Part shown: one piece after another, positions 9,669-19,962 of the stretch
Layout: each line of letters starts with the position of its first letter
How positions within the stretch are numbered: the stretch's first letter is position 1
Source: Candidatus Hodarchaeota archaeon
Lineage (GTDB): Archaea > Asgardarchaeota > Heimdallarchaeia > Hodarchaeales > Hodarchaeaceae
NCBI GenBank assembly: GCA_016840035.1
Contig: JAEOTC010000030.1
Span: forward strand, 1 to 64,000
Reading direction: 5' to 3'
DNA length: 64,000 nt
Program-made: the position numbers and the translations under genes
Notes under the pieces: model-generated
What the model saw: the letters and a program-made list of their open reading frames with translations, nothing else
Databases searched by the model: none
Told to the model about the DNA's origin: nothing

Positions 9669-10403
9669 TTAGTTTGCACTATAAGTTTCATTAGTTTGGT
9701 GGAAAGTAATTAATCCCTTTTCCATCATGCGTCCTACTGTTCTAGTAATAATAACCGGAGAAGTACTTCCCTCTAAAGACGTTTTCAGCTGATCCAACGT
9801 AATTCTGCCTTTTCTCATTAATTCTGCTAATATATCGACCTCAGGAATATCTTCTGCTGATTCTTCAAGGAGGAAGGATAAAATTCCATTTTCACTCTGA
9901 ATTTGTTTTATATCTTGACTTAGTTTCGTCCATTCTTCCTCTTTTTGCTCCACTTCTTGAGTTAATTTAGTCTCGATAGTTTGAATTTTCATCCCGTAAT
10001 CAGTAATAGCGATTTTTGTGTTATCTACATCTAATTTAATCTTTTCTATCTCCTTTTTGATAGTTCCTGTACTCATTTCAACAGTTTTTAACTCTCTATC
10101 AATGTCACGAACTCGCATCTCTTTATTCTTTTCTTCATCTATGACTTGTGATTGTTTCTGTTTTAGATTCTGAATTAAATTTTTATTACTAGCAATATCG
10201 TCCTTGAATGCTGCAATTTTAGCTCCTTGCTCTGTTATATCTGTATCAACAGCCTCTTTTTCTTTTATGAGAGTCTCAAGATACTCTTGTGTAGTTTTAA
10301 ATTCCTGTATCCGTGTGTGAAGGAGCTGAGAAATATCCTCTCTTAATCGATTTAGCGCTTCATCACTTCGAATGTACTTTTCTCGTATTGTATCAGTATC
10401 CAT
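9669..10403 (-). CDS. Coiled-coil protein with C-terminal winged helix
   Basis: About 175 aa heptad-rich region, then PEVDILAELMRKGRITLDQL...GRMMEKGLITF. Confidence 0.7.
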   Translation of the reverse strand: MDTDTIREKYIRSDEALNRLREDISQLLHTRIQEFKTTQEYLETLIKEKEAVDTDITEQGAKIAAFKDDIASNKNLIQNLKQKQSQVIDEEKNKEMRVRDIDRELKTVEMSTGTIKKEIEKIKLDVDNTKIAITDYGMKIQTIETKLTQEVEQKEEEWTKLSQDIKQIQSENGILSFLLEESAEDIPEVDILAELMRKGRITLDQLKTSLEGSTSPVIITRTVGRMMEKGLITFHQTNETYSAN

Positions 10404-10406
10404 CGC

Positions 10407-11174
10407 TTATACTTCCATTTCAAATAAATCTATTTTATCCTTAACTTCAATAGATTCTAAAACTGGATCAAATGTAAGAACGTTCCTTTCAGCTAGCTTC
10501 GATAAAATCGTTTTCAGAGATTCGAGATCAGTTCCCAACGCTGATCGAATTTCGATGATTGTTGACTTGGGACTAGGTTTATTGGCTAAAAATCGGATCA
10601 GATTCACTTCAGGAGTTTGTAAATATGTCTGACTTAGGATTCTTATGGCTTTAAATCTATAAGTAAGCATGTCCTTGTCATTCTGTAACCGTTCACACCT
10701 ATCTTGGATTTTTTGAATTTTTGAATCATATTCAGGTTGTAATTCATCATATTTCTTTCTTAAGTCAAGAAGTTCGTCCTTATCCTTCTGCAATATTGTC
10801 GATAAAGAATCTTTTTCGGATTCTAATCCTGTAAGATGGTTTTGGTCAGTCGATAACCTTGATTGGAACTCGGAGAGTTTCTCATTCTGTAAATTTAGGT
10901 TAGATTCATGTGAGGAGATTTCTTTCTCAATTTCTTTTATTTCATTTAATAGGGCTTGCTGATCGTTTGTTAAATCGGAAATTTCACGAGTTTGTTCATT
11001 TGATGCCCTTCTTAAATCTCCAATATGGGTTTTAAGTGATTCGAGTTCATTGATTAGGGAATTTAAGTCATCCCGTATTAATTGAACCCTACTTTGGAAT
11101 TTTGTAACCAATTCCTCCAACGTGAGATGAATCTTGCGTATTTCTTCTGCGGATCTTGGAGTTTCTATTGTCAT
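10407..11174 (-). CDS. Coiled-coil protein with C-terminal winged helix (apparent paralog of neighbour)
   Basis: About 180 aa heptad-rich region, then PEVNLIRFLA...LSKLAERNVLTF. Confidence 0.7.
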   Translation of the reverse strand: MTIETPRSAEEIRKIHLTLEELVTKFQSRVQLIRDDLNSLINELESLKTHIGDLRRASNEQTREISDLTNDQQALLNEIKEIEKEISSHESNLNLQNEKLSEFQSRLSTDQNHLTGLESEKDSLSTILQKDKDELLDLRKKYDELQPEYDSKIQKIQDRCERLQNDKDMLTYRFKAIRILSQTYLQTPEVNLIRFLANKPSPKSTIIEIRSALGTDLESLKTILSKLAERNVLTFDPVLESIEVKDKIDLFEMEV

Positions 11175-11276
11175 AACCTCTGATTCTTTTTCTGTGCAAG
11201 GAGCTTAATTCTAGGTTCACGGACAGACGGGAGGTATAAAAAATATTCTTAACCATCTTTGGACGAATAAAATTTC

Positions 11277-11291
11277 TTCACTAGTTGTGAA
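11277..11291. promoter_or_regulatory. Palindrome TTCAC-N5-GTGAA upstream of hsp20; candidate repressor operator
   Basis: Perfect 5-bp inverted repeat about 35 bp upstream of a TTTATA box in the divergent intergenic region. Confidence 0.3.
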
Positions 11292-11407
11292 TAAAAATCG
11301 AAAAAATAAAATTATGTGAATAAATTTATAAATTCAAATTTCCAAGGATTACATAAGCATATATGATAAATAACAACTGATAAAAATCAAATAGGAAGAA
11401 ATATAAA

Positions 11408-12040
11408 ATGCCAAATTCAACAGGAGATAATTATGATGATGACCGCTTCCCAAGACGGAGACGAGGCTCTGAAAACCCATTCGATGAACTCATGAAGCAT
11501 TTTCTGAGCCAGTTCGGACAGGGTTTTGATTTTGAGAATTTATTTGACTCTATGGATTTTTTTATTGAAGATTTGCTTCGAAAATTTAATCGAAACTTCA
11601 TGCCTTCGACTGGTGACATTGAAGACAATCCTCCAGGTTTTGTATGGGGCTTTAGGATGACCAGTGGGCCTGATGGCCGTCCTAGAATTGAACGTTTTGG
11701 CAATACCCCCCAAAAAGTGGATTCTGGGAAAAGTCAATATCGACCATCTCCAGAACGAGAACCACTTGTTGATGTGATTGAAGATATTGAGGTATTACGT
11801 GTTATTGCCGAAATTCCAGGCGTTAGAAAGGAGAACATTGATTTATCCTCCACCGATAAAAGTCTCCTAATCCAAGCTGAATCTGATGATCATCGTCGTA
11901 AGTACTATAAAGAAGTGGACTTACCTTGTGAGATTGTACCTGAATCTGCAAGTGCTAAGTTTAAAAACGGAGTACTTGAGGTCGAACTGACAAAAGAAAA
12001 ATGTTTAGAAGAATCAGGTACTAGAATTAATGTATCTTAG
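11408..12040 (+). CDS. hsp20: Archaeal small heat-shock protein Hsp20
   Basis: WGFRMTSGPDGRPRIERFGN, REPLVDV, AEIPGV, AKFKNGVLEV. Confidence 0.95.
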   Translation: MPNSTGDNYDDDRFPRRRRGSENPFDELMKHFLSQFGQGFDFENLFDSMDFFIEDLLRKFNRNFMPSTGDIEDNPPGFVWGFRMTSGPDGRPRIERFGNTPQKVDSGKSQYRPSPEREPLVDVIEDIEVLRVIAEIPGVRKENIDLSSTDKSLLIQAESDDHRRKYYKEVDLPCEIVPESASAKFKNGVLEVELTKEKCLEESGTRINVS

Positions 12041-12076
12041 GAGCACGGATGCAGCTTTAACAAGGGACTGAATATA

Positions 12077-14263
12077 TTGAATTTAAGTGAATACCAGCTT
12101 AAGGTTGCTGAAGCAAAATATCGTGATGTGGGGAAGGGTATCGCTCGTATCCCCAAAAGGATTATGAAACAACTTGAGTTACGATCTGGAGATGTAATCG
12201 AATTAGAAGGTAAATCATCGTTAAAAACCTCCGCGATTGTATGGCCAGCATATTCAGAAGATGAATCTGTTGATATAATACTCGTTGATCGTATCACAAG
12301 ACAAAATGCAGGAGTCCATTTAGATGATAGCATTACACTTAGGAGAGCAATTACGCTAAATGCAACATCGGTTACTCTTCACGCTACTTCTACAAATACT
12401 TTAGGTAATGCAAAAGTCTTTTTCCACCAAAAACTGCAGGGAAGAGCGTTATCAGTTGGGGATCGAATGCGATTTGGTTCTATGGACAACATCTTTGAGT
12501 ACAGAGTAGTTGATGTACAACCTGATAACGAATCAGTCATGGTGAATAAAGAAACGAAAATTATAATCGAGTCTGAGGCTACATCCCTTCATGAAGATCA
12601 AGTGGAGAGTAAAGCGATCCCGAAGGTTTCCTACGAAGATATTGGAGGATTAGATGAAACCATTAAAAATTTAAGAGAAATGGTTGAACTCCCCATGCGT
12701 TATCCCGAATTATTCCAGCGTTTGGGGGTGAATCCTCCAAAAGGAGTATTGCTTCATGGACCTCCAGGAACAGGTAAAACATTGTTAGCGAAGGCAGTTG
12801 CCAGTGAGTCAGCTTCTCATTTTATACATGTTTCGGGACCAGAAATAATGTCAAAGTTCTATGGAGAGAGTGAACAGAAAATTCGAGAAATATTTGAAGA
12901 AGCTGCTCAGAACGAACCCAGTATTATATTTATTGATGAGATTGATAGTATTGCTCCAAAAAGAGATGATCAAGGATCCGGGGAAGTAGAGAGACGAATC
13001 GTATCACAAATGTTATCTCTGATGGATGGTTTGAGTGGAAGAGGAGAAATTATTGTTATTGGAGCAACTAATCGACCTAATTCAATAGATCCTGCATTAA
13101 GACGCCCTGGACGATTTGATAGAGAGATAGAAATTCCCGTTCCGACCTCGGAAGCAAGAAAAGTCATTCTTGAAATTCAAACTCGGTATATGCCATTGTC
13201 TGAAGATGTCAATTTAGATGACATTGTAGAACAAACCAAAGGATTTGTTGGAGCTGATCTTACCTCGTTGACAAAGGAATCAGGAATGAAAGCCATTAGA
13301 AGATTGTTTCCTCAGATTGTTTGGGGTGAGACTCTACCAATGGAATTACTTAATCAGATTTCAGTAACCTCTGATGATTTTGAAAAGGCCTTAAGGGGAG
13401 TAAAACCGAGCGCATTACGAGAAGTGCTGGTAGATGTTCCTAAAGTATCTTGGAATGATATAGGAGGACTTGATGAGGTTAAACGCAGACTTCGTGAAGC
13501 AATTGAATGGCCCACTATATTTCCTTCATTATATGAGTATATGGGCACAGATCCTCCTCGAGGAATACTCTTAACAGGTTCACCCGGCACAGGAAAAACT
13601 TTGTTAGTTAAAGCACTAGCTAATCAGTCTTCACGTAATTTTATTTCAATTAAAGGTTCGGAAATTCATTCAAAGTGGATTGGAGAAAGTGAGCGTACAG
13701 TACAAGAAATCTTTCGAAAAGCAAAACTGACAACTCCCTGTATAATATTTTTTGATGAAATAGAAACTATTTTCCCCATTCGTAAGGAATCTAATCCCAG
13801 TTCTGAGAGGCTGGTCACTACTCTACTCACCGAAATGGATGGATTAGTAGAGATGGATGACATTATTGTCATTGGTGCCACAAATCGACCTGATATGATA
13901 GATCCAGCAATTCTACGGCCGGGCAGATTTGATTATATCATCGATTTACCCCTTCCTGACATGACAGCCCGTGAAAAAATTTTAGAGATTCACATAAGGA
14001 ATAAGCCCTTAAATCCTAAAGTGTCAATAACATCACTAGCTAAACTTACAGATGGGTTTAGTGGAGCGGAATTAAAAGGAATCGTGAATTTAGCATCTTC
14101 ATATGCCACTTCGAGATTTTTATCTGGTATTAAGAAGAACTCCCCGGCCCCCACTGATTTAGAGATCCAATCAAGGCTCGAATCTAAAAAACCAACAATA
14201 GAAATTCATGATTTTGAGAAAGCGATAAACACTATTCGTACAACGTCGAAAAATCGTCTTTAA
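12077..14263 (+). CDS. cdc48: CDC48/VCP-family AAA+ ATPase
   Basis: N-domain plus two AAA modules (GPPGTGKT, GSPGTGKT; RPGRFD twice). Confidence 0.96.
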   Translation: MNLSEYQLKVAEAKYRDVGKGIARIPKRIMKQLELRSGDVIELEGKSSLKTSAIVWPAYSEDESVDIILVDRITRQNAGVHLDDSITLRRAITLNATSVTLHATSTNTLGNAKVFFHQKLQGRALSVGDRMRFGSMDNIFEYRVVDVQPDNESVMVNKETKIIIESEATSLHEDQVESKAIPKVSYEDIGGLDETIKNLREMVELPMRYPELFQRLGVNPPKGVLLHGPPGTGKTLLAKAVASESASHFIHVSGPEIMSKFYGESEQKIREIFEEAAQNEPSIIFIDEIDSIAPKRDDQGSGEVERRIVSQMLSLMDGLSGRGEIIVIGATNRPNSIDPALRRPGRFDREIEIPVPTSEARKVILEIQTRYMPLSEDVNLDDIVEQTKGFVGADLTSLTKESGMKAIRRLFPQIVWGETLPMELLNQISVTSDDFEKALRGVKPSALREVLVDVPKVSWNDIGGLDEVKRRLREAIEWPTIFPSLYEYMGTDPPRGILLTGSPGTGKTLLVKALANQSSRNFISIKGSEIHSKWIGESERTVQEIFRKAKLTTPCIIFFDEIETIFPIRKESNPSSERLVTTLLTEMDGLVEMDDIIVIGATNRPDMIDPAILRPGRFDYIIDLPLPDMTAREKILEIHIRNKPLNPKVSITSLAKLTDGFSGAELKGIVNLASSYATSRFLSGIKKNSPAPTDLEIQSRLESKKPTIEIHDFEKAINTIRTTSKNRL

Positions 14264-14296
14264 GATTATATGTGAAATAAAAAGTGACGTGATCTA

Positions 14297-15094
14297 TTGT
14301 ATCTGGAAAAATTAACAGAAGAAATTGAAGAATGGTTAGAAAAGGCTGATGAGGAGGAGACTCTTCGTTTTCTAGGGAGACCAGTACCTGGAGATACAGA
14401 TGGAATCATCATATTAGAATTATTGGGCTATTATGGAGCAGTAGCTCAATCTATAACAAAGGAACTGCAACAACTAAGTGAAAAAAGTATAAAACTAGCT
14501 GGAGTTTTTTCTAGTTACTTCAATGAGATGATTCAATTCATAGCTGGAGATATACTACTTCCTGTCTCATTGGTTCAAGTTCAAATTGGATCAAATCGTT
14601 TTATTCTCACAACAAGCAGCTTTGCTATTCCAGATGTAATTAGTTATCAGCTCTCTGAGGAATTATGGAAATATTATAAAAAGCTCAATCCTTCTAAAGT
14701 CATTATCATTGATGGTGTTCATAATTATCGTCGAGATACTACTTCGATTCCCGAAGTTCATAAACTAAATTCATCAAATTCTGGAGTGGAGTTCCATAAG
14801 AGGAATATTTCCGATTTCACAATGATGGGTCAGGCCGCCAGTTCTTTTCTAACATATTATTCCAATAATGAAAATATTCCCATTGAATTACTTACTGTCG
14901 ATTCATTTGCCGATTACGACCCAATATCTGCTTTAGAGTTATTAAAAGTAATTACAAATGATTATAACATAAAACATGATTTTTCCAATCTTCTAAAGGA
15001 AATCAAGATTTTTCAAAAGTCATTTCAAACCTCCAAAGGAAGTATTACTGATGAAAACAAAAATTCCCTACCTGATACTCAATTCTTTTTATAA
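14297..15094 (+). CDS. Divergent PAC2-family proteasome assembly chaperone
   Basis: GYYGAVA at the G..G.VG position, KVIIIDG, DPISALELL. Confidence 0.6.
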   Translation: MYLEKLTEEIEEWLEKADEEETLRFLGRPVPGDTDGIIILELLGYYGAVAQSITKELQQLSEKSIKLAGVFSSYFNEMIQFIAGDILLPVSLVQVQIGSNRFILTTSSFAIPDVISYQLSEELWKYYKKLNPSKVIIIDGVHNYRRDTTSIPEVHKLNSSNSGVEFHKRNISDFTMMGQAASSFLTYYSNNENIPIELLTVDSFADYDPISALELLKVITNDYNIKHDFSNLLKEIKIFQKSFQTSKGSITDENKNSLPDTQFFL

Positions 15095-15106
15095 CTGGTG
15101 AAGTAA

Positions 15107-15670
15107 ATGAACAATAATCCAAATGAAGAAATAGAAATAATTCTAAAGATCCTTTCCTATCAGATTGAAAGTAATAAATCTATAAATTTTCAAGAAATTG
15201 ATAAAATCCTTCATTTACTCTCAAATCGTACAAGAAGAAGAATGCTAGTTGAGTTGGCTCAGGAAGAAGGGTTCGTTAATGATCTTGTTAAACGCCTGAA
15301 TGATCACCCACAATCCATAATAAGACATTTAGATGTTCTTAAAAAACAAAATCTGGTCATTGGGAAAGAAAGGCAGGGAGAAGGTCCTGGACGGCCTCGT
15401 CTTTATTACACCCTCTTTCCAGGAGTAGCAAAGTTTATTCAGAAATCTGAAACGAAAAACAGTAGAGAGAATCAATCACATATTTGTAGCAGCTTTCCTC
15501 TGTTAAATACCATTAAACAACAGCTTAATAAGCGCATATCACATACTGAACAGAGAAAGATCGTCTCTGAAGTAGAATCAATTAAGAAAGAGCACGAAAT
15601 GGCACTTGAGGTGTGTAATGAAATCCTTGCTACAATGAAGAAAAAAGTAACAAAAATTCAAGTCGATTAA
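15107..15670 (+). CDS. ArsR-type winged-helix regulator, Phr/HSR1 heat-shock repressor-like
   Basis: LSNRTRRRML...FVNDL...HLDVL...GRPRLYY plus C-terminal coiled coil; lies in the hsp20-cdc48 cluster. Confidence 0.8.
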   Translation: MNNNPNEEIEIILKILSYQIESNKSINFQEIDKILHLLSNRTRRRMLVELAQEEGFVNDLVKRLNDHPQSIIRHLDVLKKQNLVIGKERQGEGPGRPRLYYTLFPGVAKFIQKSETKNSRENQSHICSSFPLLNTIKQQLNKRISHTEQRKIVSEVESIKKEHEMALEVCNEILATMKKKVTKIQVD

Positions 15671-15683
15671 GAGAAGAAGCAGT

Positions 15684-17936
15684 ATGCCGAGTAGCTCTCT
15701 GAGTCAAGATCAAATAATCAGCCATTCTCGGACAATTATTCTCTTTGAGAGTCTTGAGAGTGGAGTTAACTCTTTCTCTAACTTCTTCAAATCGCTTTAT
15801 GATTCAAAACGTTTTAGCATCAACGGTGCAATCATCGGGGAAGAGAATATACTTCATAACGGTTTCTTCAGCGCTATTGAGAGTCTCCTCCCATATTTTC
15901 CGAATGTACATAAGTATTCGCAAAATGAGACACATTTATTATTAGGTTCGACAAATGATTTCATTTTTCTTGATCTAACCCAGAATTTTAATCCTAATAA
16001 GTTAATAATTGCTATCGAAACCGTAATTGCTGGTGGAGTCATTGTACTCCTTGGTAAAGACTATGAAACTTGGCTTAAGACTGTAAATAAACACCGTTTC
16101 ACTTTTTCTCAGAAATCTAATTTGTTAAATCACTTTCTGAAAGAATTTCAACGTAATTCAGGTTGTATTAATGCAAACGATAAGGAATTCGATATTACAC
16201 CTTATTTCAAACCAGTATCATTGAAAAATATACTTTCAGAAGAATTCTTGGGAATTCCCATTTCCAATGATCAAAATACTTTGATCAAGTATCTTTCTGA
16301 AGCCCTTGAAGACAACAAAGGTAGTAATTTTATCAATGTTATTGTTGCGGATCGTGGAAGAGGAAAATCAGCTGCTACAGGTTTAGCCTTAGTCAATTTA
16401 ATTACATCCAATTCTTCACGAATATATCGAATTGTCATTTCTGCTCTGAGTATTTCTTCCACACAGAGAATTTTTTCATTTATTCAACAAGGGCTAGAAC
16501 GTAAAGAATTAAAATTTCATATCCAGATGAAAGATGGTAAAATTGCCGGAATATACATCTCAAAGGGAAGTAAAATAGAATTTCGCGTTTCAGGAGAGAT
16601 TTCACGAGATATAAAATGCGATATCTTAATTATTGACGAAGCAGCCGCTTTTCCACAAGAGAAATTAACAGAAATCCTTTCTAATACATCACAAAAGGTA
16701 TTTATTACTACAATTCATGGTTATGAAGGAACTGGTAGAAGTTTTCAATACAAGATCTTACAGATGATAGAACAGAGTTCCAAGTTCGATTACAGAAGAT
16801 TTACTCTCAGTGAACCAATACGGTATAGAGATGGGGATTTGATTGAAAAACTACTCAATGATACTTTCTTGTTAGATGTGGAACCTTCATCTCTTGATTT
16901 CACTGAAATTAGTAGTTTAAATAAGGATATAAACTTAATACACCTTAAACAACCTTCTGATCTATTTAATGCTGAAAATTTTGAGTTATTGAAAGAAATA
17001 ATGGGACTCCTCGTTTATTCTCATTATAGAAACCAACCAAACGATTTTCTACTAATTGCGGACTCTTATAGGCATTCTCTTGCTTATCTGAGTCATCCAA
17101 CAGGTGATAATAATGGAAGCAACATTCTCCTCGCATGTCAGCTAGCTGAAGAGGGGGGTTTGGCAAATGATATCATCAACAAAGGAAGGGAAGGGCAGTT
17201 TATTGAGGGTGAGATTATTCCAACGGTGGCAATAAGACATTTTTCGTCTGATTTTGCAAAGTTAAAAGGGCTAAGGATAGTAAGAATTGCAACACATCCA
17301 CGTTTTCGGAACATGGGTTTAGGACGAATTGCTGTAGAAGATTTGATAAGAAGTAACCAGACACTAGATTGGATCGGGGTGAGTTTTGGAGCAACAACCA
17401 AATTAGTTAAATTTTGGAAGAAGTTTGGATTTAGAGCAATCCATATTAGACCAATAAAAACTCCAGAGACCTCTGAATGGAATATAGTATTTGTAAAACC
17501 CTTTTCCCCACATGCACAGAAGTACATTCAAGATGCTTCGAGTGATTTTTTGTACCAATTTTTCCATTTGTTACGACAATCATTGTTTGAAATGAAACCT
17601 GAATTGGTACTTCAAATCATACGTTCTTGTGTTTCTCTACCAAATTACAAAGTAAGAACAACTGAAAGTGGACGATATCGCTTAAATAAATTCAATGAAG
17701 GAAATATCAATTTTTTGCTAGCTGTGGATGTAATTTACGAATTGACCGTTGCGTATTTTGTAAGGCCTCTCAAAATCACTCTGAGTCCTTCTCAGGAGTT
17801 ACTTTTGATTACTAGAATTCTTCAGGGAAGGACTTGGGGACAAACTTTAGGAAAAATAGGTCTATCATGGAATGAAGCGAACGCTTTGCTACTTAAAGCT
17901 GTGAAAAAAATAACACGAAGCATTTCAACAGAATAA
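15684..17936 (+). CDS. tmcA: RNA cytidine acetyltransferase TmcA/Nat10
   Basis: ADRGRGKS, IDEAAA, TTIHGYEGTGR, HYRNQPND, RIVRIATHP. Confidence 0.95.
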   Translation: MPSSSLSQDQIISHSRTIILFESLESGVNSFSNFFKSLYDSKRFSINGAIIGEENILHNGFFSAIESLLPYFPNVHKYSQNETHLLLGSTNDFIFLDLTQNFNPNKLIIAIETVIAGGVIVLLGKDYETWLKTVNKHRFTFSQKSNLLNHFLKEFQRNSGCINANDKEFDITPYFKPVSLKNILSEEFLGIPISNDQNTLIKYLSEALEDNKGSNFINVIVADRGRGKSAATGLALVNLITSNSSRIYRIVISALSISSTQRIFSFIQQGLERKELKFHIQMKDGKIAGIYISKGSKIEFRVSGEISRDIKCDILIIDEAAAFPQEKLTEILSNTSQKVFITTIHGYEGTGRSFQYKILQMIEQSSKFDYRRFTLSEPIRYRDGDLIEKLLNDTFLLDVEPSSLDFTEISSLNKDINLIHLKQPSDLFNAENFELLKEIMGLLVYSHYRNQPNDFLLIADSYRHSLAYLSHPTGDNNGSNILLACQLAEEGGLANDIINKGREGQFIEGEIIPTVAIRHFSSDFAKLKGLRIVRIATHPRFRNMGLGRIAVEDLIRSNQTLDWIGVSFGATTKLVKFWKKFGFRAIHIRPIKTPETSEWNIVFVKPFSPHAQKYIQDASSDFLYQFFHLLRQSLFEMKPELVLQIIRSCVSLPNYKVRTTESGRYRLNKFNEGNINFLLAVDVIYELTVAYFVRPLKITLSPSQELLLITRILQGRTWGQTLGKIGLSWNEANALLLKAVKKITRSISTE

Positions 17937-17954
17937 ATGATTTCTTGATACCAT

Positions 17955-18251
17955 TTACATGTTTTCGAGTAAATCATCCAATGGTGAGGTCGTTTTATGG
18001 GAAATCTTTTCTTGAATTGCCGTGTTTGAAAATATGGGCATTCCGTTATTAAATGTTTTAGCTTTATACTTATCTATCTGAATTATATTACAAAATAAAT
18101 TCATTGAGCAATTCATAAATGTTTTAAATTCTGAATTATCAATAACAGCTAATTTTCCTTTGTCACATTCACAAATAATATCGGAGGAGCCCTCTATTCT
18201 TTGTTTCGGAGTTTTTGTTAACTGGTTGAAAAATGATTGCCAAGAAGACAT
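17955..18251 (-). CDS. Hypothetical protein, 98 aa, 4 Cys
   Basis: ATG-started ORF filling an intergenic gap; no family recognised. Confidence 0.45.
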   Translation of the reverse strand: MSSWQSFFNQLTKTPKQRIEGSSDIICECDKGKLAVIDNSEFKTFMNCSMNLFCNIIQIDKYKAKTFNNGMPIFSNTAIQEKISHKTTSPLDDLLENM

Positions 18252-18652
18252 TTAAATTTCCTTCTATTCCTTGATGAATGGAAATTCACTTAATTAGAAT
18301 TAATAGAGGCATGTTTTCCAGATATTATGACAAAAATTCTAATCTCAGAACCTTGGGTGTAAAATAGATTTTGTAAAAGGAGAAAGTACTGTTTCCAGAA
18401 AAAGTTCAATCATGGAGATTTTTCTGATTTAGGAGTGCAGACATCAAAGATTTTTACTCAATAAGATAGTAATTTGGAGTACATATTCCGAAACAGAAAA
18501 ATCTTAAATAAATAAGGACAAAATATTATCCAAAGTCGCTAATCTAGCGTGTTGTATCTTTCAGTTGACTCTTAACTGTAAGTATTGCCCAAAAGTTCCA
18601 AAAACTGGTATTCGGATATAATAATCGAAATTTTGGCTGGTAATTTGTGTAA

Positions 18653-19954
18653 ATGGATACTATAACAATTTTAGTAATAATTGGGGTATTATTAATAATC
18701 ATTCGAAAGCTTTGGAGTTCTAAAGGCAGAAGAGTGCAGGATGCAAGAGAATTTGAAACTCAAGGAAGATATTTGGACGCATTAGATATCTACTCTAAAA
18801 TATCAATTAATGAAGCCATAGATATGGTAATGCGAACGCCGGAAGCATCACAAATTTTAGCACTGAGAAGCTTAGAAAGAAAATTTCCTCCGCGAGCCTT
18901 AGAGAGAGCTTTTCTTAATTTAGCTAGAACTTACGCTTCTAAGAACGACCCACATAAAGCATCAAAAGCATATGTATTCGCTCGAAAACCTTTTGCTGCT
19001 GCAAAAGCATATATTGATGTAGGGGGTTTGGATTTCGTTCCAGCAGCCATTCAAGTTTTAGATCAGAACTCACAATTTATCCATGATCGAGATCAAGCAA
19101 TTAGAAACTTAGCTAGACATGCCTATTCCAATCAAAAATTCATAGAAGCTGCCGAACTCCTTCGTGCAATAGGTGCTGAGGAAGAAGCTAACACTGTATT
19201 AATAGCAGCTGCTTCTGAATTAAAAAAGCAAGGTTTTGACTCCTTAGCTAAGCAATATTTGTCTACAACAAGCCACCCTAGGAAAGCTATTGTACGTTAC
19301 CTTCAAGATATACAAAAAAGTTTCACTAAGGGAGATATTGAACAGGTTAGGCGATCTTTAAGTATAACTAATGAATTATTAGGAAATTTAAATCAGACTG
19401 CCGAAAAAGGACAAGAAAATGAAAGTAGAAAAATAAAAGAACAGGTACAAGAATTTGATAGACGATTGAAGGTATTAGATTCCGCAAGAGACCTTTTGAG
19501 AAAGAAAAAATTCAATCAATCTGTGGCTCTCTATGAGGAGCTCGTTGAGAGCTTCGGAGAGGAAGTTCCAGGATTTATTTATGCAGAAGCAGCACTAGCG
19601 AACGAAGAACATAATCCTACCTATTCTGCTTCCCTATATCAACAAGCTGCAGAACTAGTAAAATCGAAGGAAGCAGCAAAAACATTTAGATTTCGGGCAA
19701 AGAATATCGAAACAATTGCAGCAGGAGGATCTTCATCCTTTTCAACGATAACCGATTATCCTTCCGACCAAGATGTGGAAGAGAATTGCTCAGTTTGTCG
19801 AACAAAAGTTACTGATATAACAACCTTAGTACGGTGTCCAGAGTGTGGATCGCCTGCACATTATGCGCATTTAGCTGAATGGCTAAAGATTCGTGGGTTC
19901 TGTCCAATTTGCAAAAAGAAAATAAAAGTGAAGAATCCAAAAAGAAGGCAATAG
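18653..19954 (+). CDS. Membrane-anchored alpha-solenoid (TPR-like) protein with C-terminal RING finger; putative E3 ligase
   Basis: N-terminal TM; Ala/Tyr-rich helical repeats; C-x2-C-x12-C-x2-C-x4-H-x2-H-(LAEWL)-CPIC. Confidence 0.75.
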   Translation: MDTITILVIIGVLLIIIRKLWSSKGRRVQDAREFETQGRYLDALDIYSKISINEAIDMVMRTPEASQILALRSLERKFPPRALERAFLNLARTYASKNDPHKASKAYVFARKPFAAAKAYIDVGGLDFVPAAIQVLDQNSQFIHDRDQAIRNLARHAYSNQKFIEAAELLRAIGAEEEANTVLIAAASELKKQGFDSLAKQYLSTTSHPRKAIVRYLQDIQKSFTKGDIEQVRRSLSITNELLGNLNQTAEKGQENESRKIKEQVQEFDRRLKVLDSARDLLRKKKFNQSVALYEELVESFGEEVPGFIYAEAALANEEHNPTYSASLYQQAAELVKSKEAAKTFRFRAKNIETIAAGGSSSFSTITDYPSDQDVEENCSVCRTKVTDITTLVRCPECGSPAHYAHLAEWLKIRGFCPICKKKIKVKNPKRRQ

Positions 19955-19962
19955 CTTAAGGA

